A stretch of 31,068 nucleotides of DNA from a virus (lineage: Duplodnaviria > Caudoviricetes): positions 1 to 31,068 of IMG/VR virus record IMGVR_UViG_3300021957_000181; one strand, given 5' to 3'. The notes under the pieces were generated by a model. It searched no databases, was not told the DNA's origin, and saw nothing but the letters and a program-made list of their open reading frames with translations. How positions within the stretch are numbered: the first letter of the stretch is position 1; each line of letters begins with the position of its first letter. The position numbers and the translations under genes were made by a program. Below are positions 15,089 to 23,683 of the stretch, piece after piece.

Positions 15089-16040
15089 TATAATATTCCT
15101 TGTACCATTCTGCAAATTTTGCTACGCCTTCTGGAATTGAAGTTGTAGGTTTCCAACCCAATGATTGTAGTTTTGTAGTATCAGACCACGTTTCTTGAGT
15201 ATCAGCCGGGTGTTTTGGAAGCATTTGCTTATCAGCCTCTTTATCAAAGTTCTTTTCAATTTCAGTAATAAAATCCATTAATTGAACTTGTTCTCCACGA
15301 CCAATATTATATATTTCAGTTATAACTTCCCTACTGTCCCATGAATTTTTAGTTACAGTTTTAATTCCTTCAACAATGTCATCAACATATGTAAAATCGC
15401 GTTTCATATCTCCATAATTAAATACTTCAATTGGAGTTCCTCTTACAATACCTTCAGCAAATTTAAACAATGCCATATCAGGCCGGCCCCAAGGTCCATA
15501 TACCGTAAAGAAACGAAGACCTGTTGTTTTTGGAATCCCCGATGTCATAAACTGACATTCATTTGTATTTTTAGTATATCCATATGGATTTAGTTGATGG
15601 TTCCTAGGTTCGTCTTCTTTCCAAGGCAATGGATTACCAGCCATAGTGCAAGAAGTAGATGCATAAATTACATCTTCGATTTTAGCTCTTTTGCAAAGTT
15701 CAATAAGATTTTGTGTGCCGATGATATTATTGTCAATATATTCTCTTGGATGTTCTAGAGAATGTCTAACTCCAGCATGAGCGGCTAAATGAATAACTGT
15801 ATCTGGTGTATGTTCTTTAAATAAGTCATCCATTTGGCCATAGTTTTTAAGATCAATAGCCCTAACAATTACGCCTGGAGTTTGATCTAACAACTCTTTA
15901 CGGCGATATTTTAATTCTGAATCGTAATAGAAATCATTAAAGTTATCAAAGCCAAGTACACTATGGCCATCCTCAGCCAAAGACTTTGATAAATGATAAC
16001 CGATAAATCCGGCTGCGCCGGTAACTACTATTTTAGCCAT
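15081..16040 (-). CDS. NAD-dependent epimerase, UDP-glucuronate 4-epimerase (CapI/WcaG/LpsL)-like
   Basis: TGAAGFIG, HLAAHAGVRHSL, YGYTK, LRFFTVYGPWGRPDMA and RDFTYVDD motifs. Confidence 0.88.
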   Translation of the reverse strand: MAKIVVTGAAGFIGYHLSKSLAEDGHSVLGFDNFNDFYYDSELKYRRKELLDQTPGVIVRAIDLKNYGQMDDLFKEHTPDTVIHLAAHAGVRHSLEHPREYIDNNIIGTQNLIELCKRAKIEDVIYASTSCTMAGNPLPWKEDEPRNHQLNPYGYTKNTNECQFMTSGIPKTTGLRFFTVYGPWGRPDMALFKFAEGIVRGTPIEVFNYGDMKRDFTYVDDIVEGIKTVTKNSWDSREVITEIYNIGRGEQVQLMDFITEIEKNFDKEADKQMLPKHPADTQETWSDTTKLQSLGWKPTTSIPEGVAKFAEWYKEYYNV

Positions 16041-17157
16041 GAAGAACCTCTGAAATTTCTTGTTGTGTTACGCTTGTATTTAATGGGTGATTTCCAAGCA
16101 AGCATGAATATTGATCCATTGCTTTTTGCCATAGCTGGTCATCATCCATTGCTTCTAAATCTGAAGGTGTAAAGTTACAGAATTCTTCTCCATAAATTTT
16201 ACCTTCTTCTGGATCGCAGTAAGTAATACATTTTGCTTCTGCGCACTGCAATACTCGTGTGCGCCACCAACCTGATCCGACATTATCATATGCGGGCATT
16301 AAATTACCCCACACTTTTTGATATTCTTTTACCATTTTATCTTCTGTTAAACGCTCAGATTTATAAGCGCCTCGCTGAGCGCCATAAATTCTAACATCCC
16401 ATTCCATACTCGTTTTATCTAGCCATTTACGAGTTTTAGTTTGAACAAGGGAACTAAAGATCCAAGCTTTTTCTTTTTCAGATGGATCTGGAATATCAGA
16501 CTTTGTATCGTCAAAGAAAGCTCTTAAGTCATTTTGATTTATGTCTTCAGACATTCCATAATTATTTAAAAATGATCGACTTAAATGATATGGATTAGGA
16601 TTAAAAGTATATAGTAAATTTTTATTCCAATCTAATCCAAACTTTTCTACATCCCCGCCTTTATATGTGCACAGCAAAACTTTATTATTTTTTTCTTTTA
16701 ACATATCAATTGCATCAAGATATGCTGAATTAAAAGACATTACTTTTTCTTTGTTTTTAATTGTAGCATATTGATCTAAAATATGTGTGCGATAAGCTGA
16801 TGATGGACGCTCTTTTAAAGTTTTACCGTATTGGATAATACCATTATATATGTCTTTTACTTGCCAGTCGTCAAAAGCAAGAATAGCATCAGGTCTTTGA
16901 GATAATGCCCAAAGACCATCAAACAATCGTTGGCAAAACCCTTGAGGATTATGTAGAAATACAATCACATGATCGTATTCAGAAATATCCGTTCCGGGTT
17001 CAGTGTAAGTTTGAGTAAGTTCAAAGTCCATATCTTCTAGACAGCGAACCAAACCAAAATGGCATAAAATAACGCCAACTCGTTTTCTTAAATAGCCATC
17101 ATAACGGGTTTGTTCATTATTAAACCCAGTCACTAAAACTTTTTTCTTAGTCATCAT
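16033..17157 (-). CDS. Putative DNA glycosyltransferase (GT-B-like)
   Basis: 374 aa, two alpha/beta domains, FDDW and GSGWWRTR motifs; lies between the hydroxymethylase/deaminase and the epimerase. Function inferred largely from context. Confidence 0.5.
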   Translation of the reverse strand: MMTKKKVLVTGFNNEQTRYDGYLRKRVGVILCHFGLVRCLEDMDFELTQTYTEPGTDISEYDHVIVFLHNPQGFCQRLFDGLWALSQRPDAILAFDDWQVKDIYNGIIQYGKTLKERPSSAYRTHILDQYATIKNKEKVMSFNSAYLDAIDMLKEKNNKVLLCTYKGGDVEKFGLDWNKNLLYTFNPNPYHLSRSFLNNYGMSEDINQNDLRAFFDDTKSDIPDPSEKEKAWIFSSLVQTKTRKWLDKTSMEWDVRIYGAQRGAYKSERLTEDKMVKEYQKVWGNLMPAYDNVGSGWWRTRVLQCAEAKCITYCDPEEGKIYGEEFCNFTPSDLEAMDDDQLWQKAMDQYSCLLGNHPLNTSVTQQEISEVLHG

Positions 17158-17617
17158 TTACCTCAATAAATTCAAATTCAATTCCAGCTTCGCGAAACAT
17201 CTTTTTAGTCCGTTCAAATGATTCCATCCAATGATCTGGATAGACACCTGCTGGCATTATAACACGTTTTATACCGACTTGTAAAATACCTTTTGCACAA
17301 TCCGAACAAACAGGTAATCCCCATACGTATAGTGATGCGTTATCTAATGATACGCCATTATATGTAGCATTGTAAATTACGTTCTGCTCAGCATGAACAA
17401 CATATTGGTATTTAGTAGCTTTATTTATGTACCTATTTTCGCCATCATAAATTCCACGAGGAAAACCATTGTAACCTTGAGCCAAAACTTGGCCTTTAGA
17501 TCCAATAGCTATTGCTCCAATTTTAGTGGATGGATCTTTAGACCATGTGCTAACTTCTCTAGCAAGTCTAAGATATCGTGAGTCCCATTTATTTGACAAG
17601 GTGAAAATGCCTTTCAT
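17147..17617 (-). CDS. cd: dCMP deaminase
   Basis: SKDPSTKIGA, GYNG, HAEQN and PVCSDC zinc motifs; start uncertain. Confidence 0.9.
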   Translation of the reverse strand: MKGIFTLSNKWDSRYLRLAREVSTWSKDPSTKIGAIAIGSKGQVLAQGYNGFPRGIYDGENRYINKATKYQYVVHAEQNVIYNATYNGVSLDNASLYVWGLPVCSDCAKGILQVGIKRVIMPAGVYPDHWMESFERTKKMFREAGIEFEFIEVNDD

Positions 17618-18266
17618 ACACGTGCAAATTTTGGACTTGCCAAATAATATGTCCAGGTTGGATTAAATGGCGTTTGCCACAATTATAATCAAAGCACAGG
17701 CTGTTGAGTACATGTCTTTGCCAAGCAAAATCGTTTTTATATCCATAGATAACGTCATTAGATCGCATTTGTACAACCGAATGTAATAGGCCATCACGAA
17801 TATAATATGTTACAGCATTGGTGCAAATAAAGTCATTCTTACCACTTTCACAAAAATCTATCCAAATAGATGGTCTGTTATATACTAAGGTGGCTCTGCG
17901 ACCATCTGGATTACTGAGAAGCTCATCTAAAACCATATCGTACTGATTATAATACTTATCAGAATAAATCAAATGACCATAGTTAGAATTAATCTCGCCG
18001 TGGGCATTAGCTGTATATATCCAAGCAGCAGGTGGTTCTTTATTGGTATGAATATCATTAATGTTAGTTGACTTTTTTTCGTACCATTGTATTTCAGCAT
18101 CTACATATTCTTGATTGACTGTGCCAAAAATGGCCGGTTTATCTGCAATAAAGCTGGCACCAATAAGCTCAATAGTTTTTTGGCCAGTTTTATCAACAGT
18201 AAATGCTTCGTCTTTAAGTTCATCAATAAAATATTGACGGACATCTTGTACATTATTCAGTTTCAT
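17589..18266 (-). CDS. dCMP hydroxymethylase (T4 gp42-like thymidylate synthase superfamily)
   Basis: INSNYG, DFICT, QMRSNDVIYGYKNDFAW (Asp at the dCMP-specificity position), LHVYERHF. Confidence 0.82.
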   Translation of the reverse strand: MKLNNVQDVRQYFIDELKDEAFTVDKTGQKTIELIGASFIADKPAIFGTVNQEYVDAEIQWYEKKSTNINDIHTNKEPPAAWIYTANAHGEINSNYGHLIYSDKYYNQYDMVLDELLSNPDGRRATLVYNRPSIWIDFCESGKNDFICTNAVTYYIRDGLLHSVVQMRSNDVIYGYKNDFAWQRHVLNSLCFDYNCGKRHLIQPGHIIWQVQNLHVYERHFHLVK

Positions 18267-18600
18267 TATTACGAATCTCACGATTTAGAAAGTCGCGGTC
18301 AGGGTTCTGGCCAGGAATTTTACGACGACAGAATGCTACGCCAAAGCTGGCATAGTTAATTAGATCTTTAAATGAGTCTTCCATAGACTCAAAGTTTGGT
18401 TGGTACTCAGGGTCATTTTCCATAGCTTCAAGTACTGACCAAAGGCGAAGAGTTTTAGCATTGATAATATCCATGATTGAAGCTACACCACGTGGATAGT
18501 AATCAGCTTGGACAATACGTGATTTATCATTTTGATAGTCACGTGATTTTTGCTGTTGCAACTCAGCACATTCTTGTAAAACTTTAAGTGATTCACGCAT
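18253..18600 (-). CDS. Nucleotide-modification-associated domain protein (Nmad1/DUF1599-like)
   Basis: KSRDY...K.LR...ESMEDSFKDLINYA helical pattern; adjacent to the hydroxymethylase. Confidence 0.65.
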   Translation of the reverse strand: MRESLKVLQECAELQQQKSRDYQNDKSRIVQADYYPRGVASIMDIINAKTLRLWSVLEAMENDPEYQPNFESMEDSFKDLINYASFGVAFCRRKIPGQNPDRDFLNREIRNNETE

Positions 18601-18609
18601 AATTATACC

Positions 18610-19134
18610 TCAATTCAATTGGTGACAAAATGGAAGATCTCGACTCTCATCTTCAGAAAGATATTTTTGAGTTAATCGAACTTCAACATTTTTATGAGTA
18701 CTTACTTCTTCAGTAAGTACGTCGTTGGTTAATGGACAATTGTATTCTATCACATGTTTGGGACATTGTACATAGAAAACTTCAATTCTATCTTTATTTA
18801 GTGAATTCATAACATCCCATATTTTACGGTTTGTTGCATCGCCATATACGCCACGACTATATGTTTCAGCGCGTGAAGCAAATCCGGATGCTCCACCTGC
18901 TTTGCCTATTTTCATAAGTTCATTATCAACAAACATAAAATAAACAACATCGCCTAAGGCCTTTACATCTTTACGGCGTAGACCTTCAGCTTTAGTGAAA
19001 GGCATTCTTCCACCTTCAATTGTAAAATATCCAAGGTAGCTAGCGCGTTTACTTATTTCGCTAAGTGTGCACATTTCTTCACCATTCTTTGTTGACCATT
19101 GATATTTGCCTTTCAGCATCTCAGTAAAATTCAT
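18610..19134 (-). CDS. GIY-YIG-like endonuclease resembling T4 DenA (endonuclease II)
   Basis: VVYFMFVDNELMKIGKA...R..TY, later E...KY...LP pattern. Confidence 0.55.
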   Translation of the reverse strand: MNFTEMLKGKYQWSTKNGEEMCTLSEISKRASYLGYFTIEGGRMPFTKAEGLRRKDVKALGDVVYFMFVDNELMKIGKAGGASGFASRAETYSRGVYGDATNRKIWDVMNSLNKDRIEVFYVQCPKHVIEYNCPLTNDVLTEEVSTHKNVEVRLTQKYLSEDESRDLPFCHQLN

Positions 19135-19415
19135 TATGAATAATCCCGGATGTAAACGTCATAGTGAGTAGCGTTTTCCCAAGGCGTATCTTTTGCCCAC
19201 TGAGACAGACGAGGACCACGAGGACGAATACGAAGGCCTTTTGTGGGTTGTTGACCAAAGAAACTCATGCGGCCATAATTTTTACGAGCACGTTTAATAT
19301 AATCATTTTGTTTAACGAGTATTGATTTAAGATTTGCAATCTCAGGATCATCAAGAGATTTACAAGTAAAACGATAGTCTGATGATGAGCGATTTGTGTA
19401 AGTTACATAAGCCAT
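19134..19415 (-). CDS. Early hypothetical protein
   Basis: Start MAYVTY after AAGGA; RPRGPR...A..YDVY motif. Confidence 0.7.
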   Translation of the reverse strand: MAYVTYTNRSSSDYRFTCKSLDDPEIANLKSILVKQNDYIKRARKNYGRMSFFGQQPTKGLRIRPRGPRLSQWAKDTPWENATHYDVYIRDYS

Positions 19416-19430
19416 AATATAGTATTCCTT

Positions 19431-19500
19431 CATTTGATATAATTATCTTACACTATTACGAATCAATTGTAAACAAAAAAGTGAGCAGAAGCCCACTTTA
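19431..19500 (-). promoter_or_regulatory. Terminator + early promoter cassette, copy 5
   Basis: Hairpin AAAGTGGGC-TTCT-GCTCACTTTTTT; -35 TTTACA (19468-19473), 17 bp, -10 TAAGAT (19445-19450). Confidence 0.85.
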
Positions 19501-19526
19501 TTTTTGTTTTTTATAGCTTAGAATTT

Positions 19527-20009
19527 TTATCCGAATCTAGATAAATACTGCGCTATTCGTCCAACAAAAGGTAGTAGCATGAGAGCCATAAGTAAGTTCA
19601 TTCCAGTATGAGCCATTGCAATGCGTAACGTATCGCCTCTTGGCATTCCATCGGAAACAAACAAACCAGCTAACCATATTGTACCTGTCGTACCAATATT
19701 AGCACCAAGCACACAAGCAATAGCGGCCGGTAAAGGTAAAGCACCAGAAGCGACTAGCGCAATAATAGCAGTAGTAGATAGTGAAGACGATTGCCACAGC
19801 AATGTCATGATTATTCCACCGAAGAACATATAGATTGGACTACCTAGAAACCAGTTAAGGTGTTCCATATTCCCCATAGATTTCATTCCACCTGAGAATG
19901 TCTTAAGTCCAATATAAAAAATGACCAGCCCAACAAGGGCTGTTATCACTGGGTTTCCTAGATCCATCTTCTTTACCTTTTTCCAAAGCTTCTTACCTTC
20001 GTTTTTCAT
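19527..20009 (-). CDS. Na+/Pi cotransporter family (NptA/SLC34) single-repeat membrane protein
   Basis: QSSS signature, GANIGTT, several TM helices; 160 aa. Confidence 0.8.
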   Translation of the reverse strand: MKNEGKKLWKKVKKMDLGNPVITALVGLVIFYIGLKTFSGGMKSMGNMEHLNWFLGSPIYMFFGGIIMTLLWQSSSLSTTAIIALVASGALPLPAAIACVLGANIGTTGTIWLAGLFVSDGMPRGDTLRIAMAHTGMNLLMALMLLPFVGRIAQYLSRFG

Positions 20010-20422
20010 TAGACGATACTCGGTAGATCGCCATGATTGCCTTCATGAGATGGAGGAGTCCAACCACTAGGCTTTAGCAAATCGGGTAATCCAAAACGAT
20101 TAGGCCGACCAGGTTTTACACCAGGTTCCTTTGCCATATTAGCTTCGTAAATAGCATTCCATGCTTTATTAGCATCGACACCCATAACATCAAGAGTACC
20201 GATAGCAAATACACACATATCAATAAGACCATCAACTACTTCTTCTGCATCAGAATTATTAATAGCGGATAGCGTCTCTTGGTATTCTTCACCAATCATA
20301 AGCATACGAAACATGAGATATTTTTGCATTAGATCTTTGTCACCACGATTAGCTTGAAACCAATCATGTACACCAAACTTATCGTGCATATCTTCAATAT
20401 CATTTACCCAATTATCTGACAT
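20009..20422 (-). CDS. MazG-like NTP pyrophosphohydrolase (candidate dCTPase/dUTPase)
   Basis: EEYQE...EVVDGLID...ANMAK...KPSGW; probable start MSDNW. Confidence 0.8.
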   Translation of the reverse strand: MSDNWVNDIEDMHDKFGVHDWFQANRGDKDLMQKYLMFRMLMIGEEYQETLSAINNSDAEEVVDGLIDMCVFAIGTLDVMGVDANKAWNAIYEANMAKEPGVKPGRPNRFGLPDLLKPSGWTPPSHEGNHGDLPSIV

Positions 20423-20441
20423 ATATTTTTTCCTTAATAAT

Positions 20442-20642
20442 TTAGTTTGTTTCCACCAGCCCATCAACTGCTTCCATTATATTACCATCTTTGGAAAGAG
20501 TCCAAGAACCATCTTCATTTGGAGACCATTGTATAAAATCTCCGACTTGCCAACCAAGATCTTCCATCATATCATCCGGAAATTCCAAAAACATTTCGCC
20601 ATCCGAGTCAGCTGAAACTATTATAACATGTTTTTCATCCAT
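20442..20642 (-). CDS. AbrB/MazE-like small protein
   Basis: LEFPDDMMEDLGWQVGDFIQW pattern. Confidence 0.6.
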   Translation of the reverse strand: MDEKHVIIVSADSDGEMFLEFPDDMMEDLGWQVGDFIQWSPNEDGSWTLSKDGNIMEAVDGLVETN

Positions 20643-20859
20643 ATAACATACCTATTTTCTTAACTCCTAATGCCCAATTTTCTGCAGCATCTTCAGCCCA
20701 TCTTAAAGATTTGCCTTTATGATCTTCACTATAAAACATATTGCCTGTATCATCAAAATATTTTATATAAAAATATTCTTCTTTTAAATCGATGTGAATC
20801 TCACAATATTTTCCAGCTTCTACATCTGACCAGTATGTTGAAAGTTTTTTACCCATCAT
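20635..20859 (-). CDS. Hypothetical protein
   Basis: 74 aa; SLRWAEDAAENW motif. Confidence 0.7.
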   Translation of the reverse strand: MMGKKLSTYWSDVEAGKYCEIHIDLKEEYFYIKYFDDTGNMFYSEDHKGKSLRWAEDAAENWALGVKKIGMLYG

Positions 20860-21058
20860 CTTCTTCCACCATCCCTACATGCCGATCATGCTGAGATTTT
20901 CGAAGAAGAGTGTGTCCATTTTCCGTGGCATACGCTTCGGCTTCTGCTGTAGTAGCAAAGTATTCTTTAAAAGTTCCAGTGGCACTATCGCCAAACTCTC
21001 CTTCAAAAGCAAATGCTACTTTACCTGCTCTACTTAAATCTGGTGTTCCTCTACCCAT
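20849..21058 (-). CDS. Hypothetical protein
   Basis: Start MGRGTP after GGAGG. Confidence 0.6.
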   Translation of the reverse strand: MGRGTPDLSRAGKVAFAFEGEFGDSATGTFKEYFATTAEAEAYATENGHTLLRKSQHDRHVGMVEEDDG

Positions 21059-21059
21059 T

Positions 21060-21746
21060 TTACCCTCCTGTAAAATCTTGTATGGCCGGATAAATTCGAC
21101 CAATTGCTTTTCCTATTTCTATGGCTAATTCCATATGTTCTTTTTGTGTACCATTTGCTGAGCGTAATTCAATATAATGAATCCAGCTACGAATAGTACC
21201 ATTAACATATACCCGAGAGACTGTGTTGCCTTCTGGTAATACTGCTCGCGCTTGCTCTTTAGCAATGCCGTTGTCAATCGCCCAATTGTATGCGGCTTTG
21301 GCACAAGCAATAACGTCACCCTGCATCTCTGCCCATCGTTCCTGTAGATCACTGCTGTCATTCTCAATAGAGTTTTGACGGTTCTTTGGATCTTGCAGAC
21401 GAGCGTCTCGAATTACAAAATTATCATCAAGATCGCGGATGTCAGCATACCGCTGAGAAAACTCTTGAAATGAGAATGATCTATGTCGGAGGAGCTGTCT
21501 TGCGATGTCACGGGTTGTTGTGATTTCGATACAGGCTGATGCCATTTCGAATGGTGACCAGTGCTTGTGCTTGATAAGATAGTCGAGTAGCTTTGCAGTT
21601 GTTCTGGTGTTAGCTTGGTTTGTCGGATTCGAGACACGGGCACAATACGCGATGAGATCCTGGATGTTGTCGAGTCCCATGATCCCTGGTTCGCCTGAGT
21701 GTACGTGGGGAAAAGGTTGTGAGTATGAGATGAGACGTACATGCAT
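21060..21746 (-). CDS. thyX: Flavin-dependent thymidylate synthase
   Basis: HWSPFE and RHRSFSFQEFSQRY signature; KEQARAVLP. Confidence 0.95.
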   Translation of the reverse strand: MHVRLISYSQPFPHVHSGEPGIMGLDNIQDLIAYCARVSNPTNQANTRTTAKLLDYLIKHKHWSPFEMASACIEITTTRDIARQLLRHRSFSFQEFSQRYADIRDLDDNFVIRDARLQDPKNRQNSIENDSSDLQERWAEMQGDVIACAKAAYNWAIDNGIAKEQARAVLPEGNTVSRVYVNGTIRSWIHYIELRSANGTQKEHMELAIEIGKAIGRIYPAIQDFTGG

Positions 21747-21865
21747 TATTTACCTTGACCTCGATATTTTTTATATGAACGCTTTTTGCTTTTGTTCATA
21801 GATGATGTTTTAACATTACGACAACCAATGGAAGTCTTTTTTGCATTAGTAAAACCTTTAGGCAT
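21746..21865 (-). CDS. Small basic protein (39 aa; not in ORF track)
   Basis: MPKGFTNAKKTSIGCRNVKTSSMNKSKKRSYKKYRGQGK; GGAG SD; TAATG coupling to thyX. Confidence 0.65.
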   Translation of the reverse strand: MPKGFTNAKKTSIGCRNVKTSSMNKSKKRSYKKYRGQGK

Positions 21866-21868
21866 AAT

Positions 21869-23239
21869 TTACTCCAATTTAAAATCTTCAAATCTTTTAT
21901 TTACTTCCGACTTATCAAAGGTCGGAGTATCATCAACTAATCCAGCATCTGGATTATCTACATCGAATAGTCTCATTTTAGATCTATCCACCGCTACAAC
22001 AAAACGCTTGTTTATATTTGGATCGTTGTATCTATTCTTTAATTGCTTTACCATAATTTGGCCATTTGCTGCTAGTTCTTCATTAGAAATAAGAGCAAAC
22101 ATTAGATCAGCCGTTGCCGGCAAACCAAATGATTCTGAAGTATCTTCCAAACCAACATCCGAATTAGAAAATCCAGATCTAGTTGTTTGTGTAGCTGACA
22201 TAATTGGCACATCAAATTCCACAGCCAAACCACGAATTTCTTCAGCGATTGCTTTAATATAGCTATAAGAGTTAATTGCTCCACCCATACCTTTCATTCT
22301 TGCAGACGCACAAATATTTAGGTAATCTATAAAGATAACTTCAGGAATAAAATTCTTTTTTAGCTTTAATTCATTTAATAGAGCACGAAAATGGTTAGCA
22401 TGTGCTTGACCAGTTGGATACTCTTTAATAATCAGCTTTCCATTAGTACGACCTGCAATTGTCGATACTTTATTCATAAGCATATCTTTAGAGAGAGTCT
22501 CCAACTGATCAATTGGAACATCTAGTAAGTTTGCATCGATTCTTTCCGCAATGCGTTCCTCACTCATTTCCATAGTTATGTATAATACATTTCTACCTTG
22601 AGTTAAGGCAGAGGCTGCAACATGACACATAAAGAGAGATTTACCGACACCAGTACCAGCAAGAGCCACGTTGAGAGTTTTGTTTGGAATCCCGCCTTTT
22701 GTAATACTATTAAAGCGGTCAAGGTCAAACGGTATTCTTTCTTCTTGCTCATGATAAAAATCGTAGCGATTTGAGACATCTTGTAGATAGTCATGCCCGA
22801 TGTTTGTATCAAATGAAACTGCTAGGGCTTTTGTAAGAATATCCGGCAAAGCATTTTTAGTAAGACTTTGGTGTTTGCCATCAATAATGGTAATGGATTC
22901 CATAATTGCATTATATACGGCTCTGTCTTGGCACCACTTTTCAGTAGTGTCTAATAGCCACTTATCGTCTACCTTTTCATAAGTAAATACATTTGGTATA
23001 ATTTCTACAGCATGTTGGTACTGTTCGTCATTAAACCTATCTGATTGATCTACTTCAATCTTAAACGATTCCATAGTTGGTAGCCGATTATACTTTGCAA
23101 CGTACTTTCCAACCTCTTTAAAGAGTTGTCTATACACACCTTCAAAGTATTCGGGTTTGATAAAAGGTAACACTTTACGCATAAACTTTTCGTTAGTAAG
23201 AACATTGCGTAAAACTGTTTGTTCAATATTAATATTCAT
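21869..23239 (-). CDS. gp41: Replicative DnaB-like helicase, T4 gp41
   Basis: Walker A AGTGVGKS, ITMEMSEERIAERIDAN, IDYLNIC, SESFGLPATAD and KQLKNRY. Confidence 0.96.
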   Translation of the reverse strand: MNINIEQTVLRNVLTNEKFMRKVLPFIKPEYFEGVYRQLFKEVGKYVAKYNRLPTMESFKIEVDQSDRFNDEQYQHAVEIIPNVFTYEKVDDKWLLDTTEKWCQDRAVYNAIMESITIIDGKHQSLTKNALPDILTKALAVSFDTNIGHDYLQDVSNRYDFYHEQEERIPFDLDRFNSITKGGIPNKTLNVALAGTGVGKSLFMCHVAASALTQGRNVLYITMEMSEERIAERIDANLLDVPIDQLETLSKDMLMNKVSTIAGRTNGKLIIKEYPTGQAHANHFRALLNELKLKKNFIPEVIFIDYLNICASARMKGMGGAINSYSYIKAIAEEIRGLAVEFDVPIMSATQTTRSGFSNSDVGLEDTSESFGLPATADLMFALISNEELAANGQIMVKQLKNRYNDPNINKRFVVAVDRSKMRLFDVDNPDAGLVDDTPTFDKSEVNKRFEDFKLE

Positions 23240-23502
23240 TCTTGAGGGTGACCTATAGCTGATTCTAATATAGATGATAATATCATACCAGCGTGGTTTT
23301 GTAAACCAATATTTTCGGTATTTAGTGTATCATCTGGTGTATAGACAATATCAAAATTAAAAGTCATACTGTCTATATCATCATTTACTTTCAGGGCGCC
23401 AAATTGAATAACTGTTTCAATAAAGTCGCCCGTCTTGATTCTGACGTTCCAATGCTCTGCATCCTCAATAGGAATTAACTCATAATCTATGTTTTCCTTC
23501 AT
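23236..23502 (-). CDS. Hypothetical protein at the gp40 position
   Basis: Probable start MKENIDY; lies between uvsX and gp41. Confidence 0.65.
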   Translation of the reverse strand: MKENIDYELIPIEDAEHWNVRIKTGDFIETVIQFGALKVNDDIDSMTFNFDIVYTPDDTLNTENIGLQNHAGMILSSILESAIGHPQE

Positions 23503-23683
23503 TACTGTCAACACTCCAAGTTTCACTGAATTCATTTGCAATTGATATTTTATGGGATGGATACCCATTAGTTTTTAAGAAATTATCAAAGTCAGGAGTT
23601 TTTAGATTAATATGCACAGGCATAGCCTTTGGAAATCCGTAAGAGCTCCCTCCCGGTGGATAAATCATTTTAAATTTAGTCAT
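23480..23683 (-). CDS. Hypothetical protein
   Basis: 67 aa; PPGG..YGFPK motif; ATGA overlap with uvsX. Confidence 0.6.
   Translation of the reverse strand: MTKFKMIYPPGGSSYGFPKAMPVHINLKTPDFDNFLKTNGYPSHKISIANEFSETWSVDSNEGKHRL

Noticed and set aside
17589-18266. Annotation as ordinary ThyA thymidylate synthase
   Set aside because: It has Asp rather than Asn at the specificity position and gp42-like motifs, and ThyX is already present.
5016-19500. Repeated GTGAGC cassettes as a CRISPR array or IS ends
   Set aside because: Copies are dispersed, not regularly spaced; no cas or transposase gene; they match promoter/terminator architecture.
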